A DNA stretch of 43,929 nt from Candidatus Aminicenantales bacterium. Lineage in GTDB: Bacteria; Acidobacteriota; Aminicenantia; Aminicenantales; Saccharicenantaceae. A program made the translations under genes and the position numbers. The stretch covers positions 1 through 43,929 of the forward strand of contig JBEKXF010000028.1 in NCBI GenBank assembly GCA_049512315.1, written 5' to 3'. The notes below the pieces were generated by a model. It was not told the DNA's origin and did no database searches. It saw only the letters and a program-made list of their open reading frames with translations. Below, one piece after another: positions 27,526 through 35,337 of this stretch. Every line of letters begins with the position of its first letter. The first letter of the stretch is position 1.

Positions 27526-28602
27526 ATGTCCGTCAGAGTCGCGGTTGTGGGCGCGGGTAAGTTCGGTCAAATGCACATGGACGTGTTCACCCAGCTCGGT
27601 TACGCCGGCGCCGTGGAACTTGCCGCCATAGCCGAGGCGAACCCCAAGAGAGCGGAAGAACTCCGGGCCCGATATCATGGCTGCGCCATCTATGGCGACT
27701 TTCGCGAGATGCTCGAGAAGGAGGTCCTGGATGCCGTCAGCGTTGCCACTCCCGACCACCTCCACCGCGAGATAGCCGTCGCGGCGGCCAGGGCGGGGAA
27801 GCACTTGCTGGTGGAGAAGCCTCTGGATGTGACCGTCGAGGGCTGTGCCGAGATCGTCCTGGCCGCCAAAGACGCGGGTGTCCTCTTGCAAGTCGACTTC
27901 CATAAGCGCTACGACCCCGATCACCAGGCCATCGAACGCCGTGTCCGATCCGGCGACCTCGGCGAGATCCTCTATGGCAGCGTTTACATGGAGGACCGCA
28001 TCGAAGTGCCGAGCGAGTGGTTCCCCCACTGGGCGCCCGACTCCTCCCCTGCCTGGTTCCTGGGCGTGCATTTCTACGATCTCGTGCGCTGGATCGTCAA
28101 GTCGGAGGCGAAGAGCGTCTACGCCACCGGGACCAAAAACACGCTGCTCAAGGACTACGGGATCGACACCTACGATTGCGTCAACGCCAAGGTGGACTTC
28201 GAAAACGGTGCCGGCTTCATGTTCGACACGAGCTGGGTCCTGCCAAAAGGGTTCGAGGCCGTAGTGAATCAGGCGATCAGAGTGGTCGGCACCAAGGGCG
28301 TCTTTGAGTGCGACAGCCAGGACCGGGGCTTTCGGTCCTGCCTCAGCGGGGAGGGAATGGCCACTTACAATAACAATTTTAAGCGCGACGGCTTCGATAA
28401 AATCGGACGCAAATTGCTGCGGGGCTACGGCGTCGAAAGCATCGAAGACTTCGCCTCCAATGTCGGATTGATCAAGACCGGAGGAAGCATCCATGACCTC
28501 AAAGGTTGTTGGGCCTCCGGGGAGGACGGGCTCGAGGTCACGCGCATCGCCGTCGCCGTGCATGAAAGCATGAAGACTGGCAACGTGGTCAGGTTGAGGT
28601 AG
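27526..28602 (+). CDS. Gfo/Idh/MocA family oxidoreductase
   Basis: VVGAGKFG, VATPDHLH, VEKP, FHKRYDP, GVHFYD. Confidence 0.9.
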   Translation: MSVRVAVVGAGKFGQMHMDVFTQLGYAGAVELAAIAEANPKRAEELRARYHGCAIYGDFREMLEKEVLDAVSVATPDHLHREIAVAAARAGKHLLVEKPLDVTVEGCAEIVLAAKDAGVLLQVDFHKRYDPDHQAIERRVRSGDLGEILYGSVYMEDRIEVPSEWFPHWAPDSSPAWFLGVHFYDLVRWIVKSEAKSVYATGTKNTLLKDYGIDTYDCVNAKVDFENGAGFMFDTSWVLPKGFEAVVNQAIRVVGTKGVFECDSQDRGFRSCLSGEGMATYNNNFKRDGFDKIGRKLLRGYGVESIEDFASNVGLIKTGGSIHDLKGCWASGEDGLEVTRIAVAVHESMKTGNVVRLR

Positions 28603-28606
28603 GACC

Positions 28607-29974
28607 ATGGCGGGATACGATCTGACTCCGAGGGACGTTCCCCGCATCGAAACGAAGTACAGGACCATCAGGACAAAGATCCCGGTGCCGGAATCGGTCC
28701 CCATTTTCGAGGCGCTCCGCGCAAGCGAGCCGCAATCCACGATGGGCCAGCCGCCCGTCGTCTGGCATAAAGCAGAGGACTTCATCGTCTATGACAAGTG
28801 GGGGAACCGCTGGATTGACTGGTCGAGCTGCGTCCTGGTCGCCAACGCCGGCCACGGCCGACCCGAGATCAAGGAGGCGCTGAAAAGGATCCTCGATCAG
28901 GGCCTCGTCGCGAGCTACGTGTTTGTCCATGAGCAGAGGGCCGAATTGTGCGGGATGCTGCGATCGCTCGCCCCGGACCCGGAAGCCTACAAGGTGTTCC
29001 TTCTCTCGACCGGAAGCGAAGCCACCGAAAACGCCATCAAGCTCGCCAAGACCTATGCTCTCGACAAATACGGCCCCCGACGAAAATATCTCGTCTCCTT
29101 CCAAAACGCCTTTCACGGCCGGACGATGGGCGCCCAGCTCGCGGGCGGCATGGAGAAGCAGAAGACGTGGATCGTCGACCGCGATCCCGCATTCGTCCAA
29201 GTCCCGTTTCCGGACGGCTATAAAAATGAGGACACCAGCTTCGACCTGTTCATCTCCTCCCTCAGGGAGAAAGGGATAGTTCCGGACGAAATCGCCGGAG
29301 TCATGACCGAAAGCTACCAGGGCGTCGGGCCGGACTTCCTCCCGGTCGAATACGCCCAACGGCTCGAGGGTTTCTGCCGCGAGCACGACATCGTCATGGT
29401 CTTCGACGAGGTCCAGGCGGGCTTCGGCCGGACCGGCAAGATGTTCTGCTTCGAACACTACGGCGTGAAGCCGGACCTGATCTGCTGCGGCAAGGGCATC
29501 TCGTCCTCTCTGCCAATTTCCGCGGTCATCGGCCGGGACGACATCATGGAGCTCTATCCGCCCGGCGCGATGACATCCACACACTCGGCCTCTCCCCTGC
29601 CGGTGACCGCCGCCATCGCCAATCTGAGGATTCTCATCAAAGAGGACCTGGCGGACCGGTCCGCCAGGATGGGCGAAATCCTCATGCCCCTGCTGGAGGG
29701 GGTCCGGAAAAAGCACCCGGACCGGCTCGGCTGCCTGCACGGCCAAGGGCTGGTCGCGGGCATCCAGGTCGTCCGGCCCAGCACGAAGACTCCCGACCCG
29801 GATACGGCCCTGGCGATAAATTACGCCTGCGTGCGCAAGGGAGTTCTGATGTTCGCGCCGGTCGGGATAGCCGGCGAGTGCTTGAAGATAGCCCCGCCGC
29901 TGACGATCGCCGAAGACGCGCTCGTGGAATCGGCGCGAGCCTTTGAGGAAGCCGTGGACGAGGTGTTGGGATGA
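28607..29974 (+). CDS. class III PLP-dependent aminotransferase
   Basis: TGSEATENA, FHGRT, FDEVQAGFGRTG, PDLICCGKG, APPL. Confidence 0.92.
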   Translation: MAGYDLTPRDVPRIETKYRTIRTKIPVPESVPIFEALRASEPQSTMGQPPVVWHKAEDFIVYDKWGNRWIDWSSCVLVANAGHGRPEIKEALKRILDQGLVASYVFVHEQRAELCGMLRSLAPDPEAYKVFLLSTGSEATENAIKLAKTYALDKYGPRRKYLVSFQNAFHGRTMGAQLAGGMEKQKTWIVDRDPAFVQVPFPDGYKNEDTSFDLFISSLREKGIVPDEIAGVMTESYQGVGPDFLPVEYAQRLEGFCREHDIVMVFDEVQAGFGRTGKMFCFEHYGVKPDLICCGKGISSSLPISAVIGRDDIMELYPPGAMTSTHSASPLPVTAAIANLRILIKEDLADRSARMGEILMPLLEGVRKKHPDRLGCLHGQGLVAGIQVVRPSTKTPDPDTALAINYACVRKGVLMFAPVGIAGECLKIAPPLTIAEDALVESARAFEEAVDEVLG

Positions 29975-30825
29975 AAAATGATATCTTCGGACTCAGCGGA
30001 AAGACGGCCGTCATAACGGGCGGCGGAGGGGTCCTGGGCGGGTCGATGGCCGGTGTTCTCGCGGAACGCGGAGTGGCCGTCGCCCTCCTGGACCTGCGGG
30101 AAGAGGCCTCGATCGAAGCGGCCAAGGAGATCGTCGAGAAAGGGGGCAGGGCGATCGGCCTGCCCTGCGATGTCCTTGATCAGGAAAGCTTGGAGGCCGC
30201 CAAGGCGAGGGTGATCGATGAACTCGGATCCGTGGATATTCTGATCAACGCCGCGGGTGGAAACGACCCCAAGGCGACCACCTCCAAGGAGACCCTTGAG
30301 CGCTCCGACCTTATCGGTGCCGTCGACGGTCTCAAGACGTTTTTTGACCTCGACGCCGACGGCATTCGGTCCGTCTTTGACCTCAATGTCCTCGGAACGC
30401 TCCTGGCCACCCAGATATTCGGGAGGGTGATGGCGGAACGCGGCAGGGGGGTCATCATCAATATCTCGTCGATGAACGCCTTCAAGCCGCTCACCAGGAT
30501 CCCCGCCTATTCCGCCGCAAAGGCCGGCGTCTCTAACTTCACCCAGTGGCTTGCGACGCATTTCGCCCCGCTCCATATCCGGGTCAACGCTATCGCACCC
30601 GGCTTCTTTCTAAGCGACCAGAATCAGTATCTGCTGACCGACGAGCGAACCGGCGAGTTGACACCAAGAGGTGCGAAAATCATCGCCCATACGCCGATGG
30701 GCCGCTTCGGCCGGCCCGAGGATTTGGCCGGCGCTCTGGTATGGCTTGTTTCCGACGCGTCGGCTTTTGTGACCGGCATCGTGCTTCCCGTTGACGGCGG
30801 TTTTTCCGCGTTCCCGGGGGTGTAG
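29971..30825 (+). CDS. SDR oxidoreductase, D-mannonate oxidoreductase (UxuB)-like
   Basis: TGGGGVLG, INAAGGN, ISSMNAFKPLTRIPAYSAAK, NAIAPGFF, HTPMGRFG. Confidence 0.85.
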   Translation: MKNDIFGLSGKTAVITGGGGVLGGSMAGVLAERGVAVALLDLREEASIEAAKEIVEKGGRAIGLPCDVLDQESLEAAKARVIDELGSVDILINAAGGNDPKATTSKETLERSDLIGAVDGLKTFFDLDADGIRSVFDLNVLGTLLATQIFGRVMAERGRGVIINISSMNAFKPLTRIPAYSAAKAGVSNFTQWLATHFAPLHIRVNAIAPGFFLSDQNQYLLTDERTGELTPRGAKIIAHTPMGRFGRPEDLAGALVWLVSDASAFVTGIVLPVDGGFSAFPGV

Positions 30826-30832
30826 GGACAAC

Positions 30833-31957
30833 ATGATAACAAAAGAAACCCTGCCATCGACCATGAAAGCGGTCGTCCTCGAGGCGGCGCGAAAACTGAC
30901 CTATCGCGACATTCCTGTCTGGCCCGTCGAGTCCTACAACGATCCGGACATAGTGCTCATCAAGGTCGCCGCCAGTGGGGTTTGCGGCTCAGACCTTCGC
31001 TACTACGCGGGCGAGAATCCCTGGGCTCAGCAAACCCTCGGACGCCACATGGATAACCCTCCGAATATCGTCCTAGGCCACGAGTTCACGGGCGAGGTTG
31101 TGGCCGTTTTGAGCGATAAAAACGCGCATCTTCTGGGTAGGCGGGTCGCTCCGATTTGCTCAAAGGTCTGCGGGACATGTTCCGAGTGCCGCTCGGGACG
31201 AGCTCAACTCTGTCCCAACACCGTGCATCTCGGCCACGGTCAGGGGTGGGGGAAGCAAGACTTCTACCCGGGCGCATATGCCGAATATGTCCCCGCTTGG
31301 GCCGGCGGCTGCTTTCTTATACCGGATAGCCTGACGTTCGAGGAAACGGCCATGATGGATATCCTCGCCGTCTGCGTTCACGTCGCGCATCAGGGGGACA
31401 TTCAGCCGGGCCGGCCCGTCCTGATGATGGGAGCGGGTCCCGCTGGCAACGGCATCGCCCAGGCCGCGCGAAACCTCGGAGCGAGCAGGGTCGTCATCAC
31501 AGATATCGCTGACGCGGCGCTGGCCGTGGCCCATAAGCAGGGGATTGATGTGGTCGTGGACGTGCGCGGCAAGGGCCCCAGCCGGCTTGCGGACGAGCTG
31601 TCGTCCCTAGCCCCTGAAGGGTTCGGCAGCGTATTCGACAGCATAGGCACCGGGGACAGCTTCGACCTCGGGCTGAAGCTCCTCGGGAAGAGCGGAACGC
31701 TCGTCAGCATGGCCGTTCACGACCTGGAAATTCCGGTGAACTTCCTCCATCTGGGAAGCGAGCGCAGGATAACGACGAGCTGCAACTTCGCGGCGGGCGA
31801 TTATCCCCTGGCCCTGAGCTGGCTGGAAAGCGGCCGGTTCCGGGTGAGAAACTGGCTGACCGAAATCAAGCTGGAGGACGTCCCACGGACGTTTGCCGAA
31901 GTGGACGGGCACACAAGTGAGAGGCGGGCGTTCAAGCTGGCCATCAAGTTATTTTAG
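30833..31957 (+). CDS. zinc-dependent medium-chain (sugar/polyol) dehydrogenase
   Basis: GVCGSD, LGHEF, CGTCSECRSGRAQLC, MGAGPAG. Confidence 0.88.
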   Translation: MITKETLPSTMKAVVLEAARKLTYRDIPVWPVESYNDPDIVLIKVAASGVCGSDLRYYAGENPWAQQTLGRHMDNPPNIVLGHEFTGEVVAVLSDKNAHLLGRRVAPICSKVCGTCSECRSGRAQLCPNTVHLGHGQGWGKQDFYPGAYAEYVPAWAGGCFLIPDSLTFEETAMMDILAVCVHVAHQGDIQPGRPVLMMGAGPAGNGIAQAARNLGASRVVITDIADAALAVAHKQGIDVVVDVRGKGPSRLADELSSLAPEGFGSVFDSIGTGDSFDLGLKLLGKSGTLVSMAVHDLEIPVNFLHLGSERRITTSCNFAAGDYPLALSWLESGRFRVRNWLTEIKLEDVPRTFAEVDGHTSERRAFKLAIKLF

Positions 31958-32011
31958 GTGGCGTGCCTTAGAGAATTCAAACCTCTGACCTTTGGATCCG
32001 GAGCCACAAAA

Positions 32012-32028
32012 AGTTTTCCTTACACTCC
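32012..32028. repeat. isolated MITE/IS256-like terminal repeat remnant
   Basis: AGTTTTCCTTACACTCC is the exact reverse complement of 38384-38400, at the left end of MITE copy B. Confidence 0.45.
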
Positions 32029-32032
32029 GCCT

Positions 32033-32590
32033 TTAGAATACGAAGGGGATGAACCGCCGGGTCTTTTTCATGTAAGCTTCGTATTTCGGGCCGAAAACGC
32101 GGATGCACTCTGCCTCCTCCGCCCGGGCGGTCAGGAGTAGGCAGACGCTCGCGAAGGCCGCCAGTCCGCCTCCGGGCCACGATGGCCGTTTGAAGAAGAT
32201 GCCCCAGGCCAGCAGGAGCAGGGAACTGTAGAGCGGATGGCGTATGGATTTGTAGATGCCGGTCGTGACCAGCTGGGTGGTCTTCTCGAAAGCCAGCAGG
32301 TTAGGGTCCGAATCGCGCTGCTCGACCGGCTTGCCCGCTCGTTTCAGCAGGACCGTCCCCCAGATGGCGGGGACGAGACAGGCGCACAGCACAATCCAGG
32401 CGATGATTTGATACCAAGCGAAAGGATTCTCGAACCAGGGCTCCATGTTGAACAGGAACAGAACGGTAATGGCTTCCCAGGCAAAGAAACGGTAAAACCC
32501 GTGCGAGCGTGGATCACGCAACGAGGCGCGTGAAATAAAGGTCAGGGCCCCCGTCACGATGGCCAAGAGGATCCACTTCAACAATATCAT
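32033..32590 (-). CDS. isoprenylcysteine carboxyl methyltransferase (ICMT/PEMT) family membrane protein
   Basis: LVTTGIYKSIRHPLYSS, EE...FG..Y..Y.KKT.RFIP. Confidence 0.85.
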   Translation of the reverse strand: MILLKWILLAIVTGALTFISRASLRDPRSHGFYRFFAWEAITVLFLFNMEPWFENPFAWYQIIAWIVLCACLVPAIWGTVLLKRAGKPVEQRDSDPNLLAFEKTTQLVTTGIYKSIRHPLYSSLLLLAWGIFFKRPSWPGGGLAAFASVCLLLTARAEEAECIRVFGPKYEAYMKKTRRFIPFVF

Positions 32591-32680
32591 TCCCTTCCGC
32601 CATCAACAAATAGGGACTTCCTTTTTCGTGCTGCGCGCATCCGTCGGTCATAAGGATTGGAGCCGCGCTTTTCCCTCATA

Positions 32681-32728
32681 AAATGATGATATTGCTGGCT
32701 GCAGATTTGTGTCAAGGATCTCACAAAG
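32681..32728 (-). promoter_or_regulatory. sigma70-like promoter module, homologous to 41558-41605
   Basis: Minus strand TTGACA, 18 nt, TATCAT; the spacer and flanks are also similar between the two copies. Confidence 0.6.
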
Positions 32729-32953
32729 TGCATCCCGGACCTTTGGCTTCCGGGTTATGGGCCCGTCGGGCTATCACCCGCCCTCGTCCGAGCATTTTAA
32801 GCCATAGACTTTTTCGTGAATCCTTGACTGTCAAGATTTGTGATGTGTTTGCACCTCAAAAGGGTTTAAAACGGCTTAAAAGGACTTAAAGCGGTTTTCC
32901 ACTCGATGATCACATAACTTATTGATATCCAAAGCTTATGTGGGGAAAATCAC

Positions 32954-33032
32954 AAGTGCCCCTGGCCTGCCTCGAACAGGCGACACACCGCCTTCGGCAG
33001 TGCTGGCAAGGCCGGCATGGATTAGAAATCCA
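32954..33032 (-). repeat. tRNA-Arg-type 3' half with hairpin insert, copy 5 (loop reads TCT)
   Basis: Minus strand TGGA TTTCTAA TCCA-[insert]-TGTC GCCTG TTCGAGG CAGGC CAGGGGC A. Preceded on the plus strand by AT-rich TAACTTATTGATAT. Confidence 0.88.
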
Positions 33033-33075
33033 CAAGGCCGCTTTTTGGGAAGGCCATCAATTGTTTTTTTGTGAC

Positions 33076-33225
33076 TGAGTTACAGGACTGACCTCGTGGG
33101 CCTCCACCGTAGGAGTGTCGACTTTATGTCGTGTTGGATCCGGGATTCCTTGCGCTATTCGTTGGAAACTAAAAAACCAATAAACTCACTTTTTGGCTGG
33201 ATCGTTTTTCAGGGCTGAGATCCCT
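33076..33225. repeat. element-end sequence homologous to 23103-23249
   Basis: Shared blocks GTGTCGACTT, TGTCGT.TTGG, AAACTCAC, TTTTTCAGGG, TCCCT. Confidence 0.65.
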
Positions 33226-33757
33226 CGCTGACCAGCTCCTCAAAAAGGGTCCGGTAATGGATCATTGCCTGGCGCAAGTCTTCTGTGCTGGCCTGCCCCT
33301 TCGTCTGGCGAAGCGCGATTTCGTGGGCTGTTCGATAATTCTCCAGGACCAGCGGATGGTCCACGGAGATATCAGCCGCACGCTGTTCAAAGTCACTGAC
33401 CGGATAGCCACGCGTGGACATCACATCCCCCAGCAGTTGGTCGGCTTCCGCTACCGCACCGGCGGGGCCGTCCACAAACCGCGCCTGGATTCTGCGCCAG
33501 GAGTCTTCGAAGCGCGCACGATCGCCGGGTGCGAGCGGCCGGACGTGGAAACTTTCGACTCGTTCCGTGCGCTTGTCGAGCCCGGCTTCCGCATGCCGCC
33601 GATTTCCGCCTTCCTTCACGGCGCGGGCATATTCAGGGCCACCGAATTTGCTGCGCAGTCTTTCGGTCCGGCGTTTTCGACGGAAGAGCAACGTCGCGAT
33701 GCCCGCAACCACAATCACGACGAAAACGATGATTACGACTATTACTGTTGTGCTCAT
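33209..33757 (-). CDS. conserved membrane-anchored hypothetical protein
   Basis: N-terminal TM then RRKRR; FGGPEY, W..IQARFVD.P, RGYP, STEDLRQAMIHYR.LF.EL. RBS GGAGG. Confidence 0.75.
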   Translation of the reverse strand: MSTTVIVVIIVFVVIVVAGIATLLFRRKRRTERLRSKFGGPEYARAVKEGGNRRHAEAGLDKRTERVESFHVRPLAPGDRARFEDSWRRIQARFVDGPAGAVAEADQLLGDVMSTRGYPVSDFEQRAADISVDHPLVLENYRTAHEIALRQTKGQASTEDLRQAMIHYRTLFEELVSEGSQP

Positions 33758-33819
33758 AACCAGCCTCCAATAAATAGGATTTAGCTTTCTTCTCTTTCTC
33801 TTAACAGGGGCAAGAACAC

Positions 33820-33909
33820 CTACCGCCGTCTCCTCCAATAGTAACTGCCGCCCCCGCCGAATAAGAGGACCGCCACAATGATGATGATGATGAGTGTTGT
33901 CGTGCTCAT
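33820..33909 (-). CDS. small membrane peptide (29 aa, DUF3309-like), missed by the ORF track
   Basis: MSTTTLIIIIIVAVLLFGGGGSYYWRRRR*; RBS AAAGGGAG. Confidence 0.6.
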   Translation of the reverse strand: MSTTTLIIIIIVAVLLFGGGGSYYWRRRR

Positions 33910-33987
33910 GGTCGTTCTCTCCCTTTACTCTGTCGAATATCCGTCATAGTTTCGGATTCTTCCGGACCTGTGGTCATTGTTACTTCG

Positions 33988-34152
33988 TTACTTCGCGGCA
34001 TCTTTGACCGCACGCTTCACATCCTTGGCTACGCCCTTGACTTGGCCTTTGAGTTCATCCCTCTCGCCCTCTCGCTCGAGCTTCTTGTCGCCGGTCAAGT
34101 CCCCTACCGCTTGCTTGATCTTGCCTTCGGTCCTGTCGATGATCTCGCCCAT
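33988..34152 (-). CDS. csbD: CsbD family stress protein (54 aa), missed by the ORF track
   Basis: MGEIIDRTEGKIKQAVGDLTGDKKLEREGERDELKGQVK...; RBS AGAGG. Confidence 0.85.
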   Translation of the reverse strand: MGEIIDRTEGKIKQAVGDLTGDKKLEREGERDELKGQVKGVAKDVKRAVKDAAK

Positions 34153-34163
34153 TTTCTGCCTCT

Positions 34164-34922
34164 TTACTCGATAATCATTCGGTTGTAGATTCTTTTGACG
34201 CCGTGGATATCTTCAATGCGTTTGGTAACCAATTTTATTTCAGCAGCGTTCTTGGCCTTGCCGGTCACAGAGACCACACCTTTTTCGACAGTAATATCGG
34301 TTTTAAAGGCGTTCGTACCGCGGTGGAAAAGCAATGCCAATTTGATCTGCGATTTTATTGATGCGTCATCGATAAATTCTCCAACCGTTCTGCGATTCTC
34401 ATGGGGTGTTTTTGCCACGGTCATCTCATTGTCGACACCCTTCACCCCTTCGATATCTTCAACATATTCGGCTGTCAGCTCTTTTTCAGCCTGGCTGCTG
34501 GCCTCACCCCGCAGGGTCACCCGGCCATCTTTCACCCCAACCTCGGTATTGGCACCGTCCAGATTGCCATGCAGCATGAGCATGGTTTTTACTTTCATGT
34601 GGATCCATGCATCTGAGTTTTTTTCTGGAATTCCCCCCTTGACCTCCAGCCTGTTGTCGACGCTTTTAACTCCAGGCAGATCGGCAACAGTATCAGCGGC
34701 TAATGATAAATGCGTTTCCTCTGAAACGGTTCCTGTCAAGGTGACGACGCCATCTTGGGAGTGAATCTGAATATCATCGCCTTTGAGATAGGCATTGAAT
34801 ACATACGATTTTTTAAAGGCTGATTCGATGCGTCTGTCTATTTCCTGAGCGAACAAAGAGCCAGTCATCATCAACAATACCACTGCTGCCATAATCAACG
34901 TTTCCCGGTACTTTTTTTTCAT
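34164..34922 (-). CDS. OsmY-like periplasmic protein with three BON domains
   Basis: Signal peptide; three GVVTLTG / GRVTLRG / GVVSVTG...GVK.V.N repeats. Confidence 0.88.
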   Translation of the reverse strand: MKKKYRETLIMAAVVLLMMTGSLFAQEIDRRIESAFKKSYVFNAYLKGDDIQIHSQDGVVTLTGTVSEETHLSLAADTVADLPGVKSVDNRLEVKGGIPEKNSDAWIHMKVKTMLMLHGNLDGANTEVGVKDGRVTLRGEASSQAEKELTAEYVEDIEGVKGVDNEMTVAKTPHENRRTVGEFIDDASIKSQIKLALLFHRGTNAFKTDITVEKGVVSVTGKAKNAAEIKLVTKRIEDIHGVKRIYNRMIIE

Positions 34923-35001
34923 TTTAGTTCCTCCTCTCCCTTCCCTGCTCCCAGCCGCTATTGGACGGGACGATGGGCTCGGGATAAGCTACCTTTCTAA
35001 G

Positions 35002-35017
35002 TGCAGTTTTCATGCCA
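35002..35017 (-). promoter_or_regulatory. sigma54 (-24/-12) promoter for the BON-CsbD module
   Basis: Minus strand TGGCATGAAAACTGCA gives GG-N10-GC, about 80 nt upstream of the BON ATG. Confidence 0.6.
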
Positions 35018-35234
35018 GAATCTCCCCGCATACTCAGAATGTCAGGAAATTGATTTCCTCTCTGGAAAAAAGCGGAATTTCAGGCGACCGACGACTCAAA
35101 ACCTCCGGTTAGACAAATTGAGCCATTATCCCGACTTAGAAATTATTCTATAAAACAGCACAATTCCTATTTAATCGGATATTTCGAATATATGGTAAGG
35201 GCGACGTTTCAAAGGTATTGCGAAAAGGAGAATA

Positions 35235-35288
35235 TGCCGAGGACGGGAATCGAACCCGTACAACCCTTGCGCAGCGAGGGATTTTAGT
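35235..35288 (-). repeat. tRNA-Leu 3' fragment (putative att remnant)
   Basis: Minus strand CTAAAATCCCT, long variable arm, ACGGG TTCGATT CCCGT, CCTCGGC A; no 5' half. Confidence 0.75.
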
Positions 35289-35337
35289 GACCTCATGCTG
35301 GTCGAGAACTTCCACTGATTAGCGGAAACATCTTCAT

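Noticed and set aside
26166..30576. Long minus-strand ORFs (416, 488, 385 and 251 aa)
   Set aside because: Antisense shadows of the well-supported plus-strand operon.
32729..32755. Possible further degenerate tRNA 3' end (TGCATCCCGGACCTTTGG) beside the promoter module
   Set aside because: The position parallels 41609, but no T-arm is recognisable; too weak to call.
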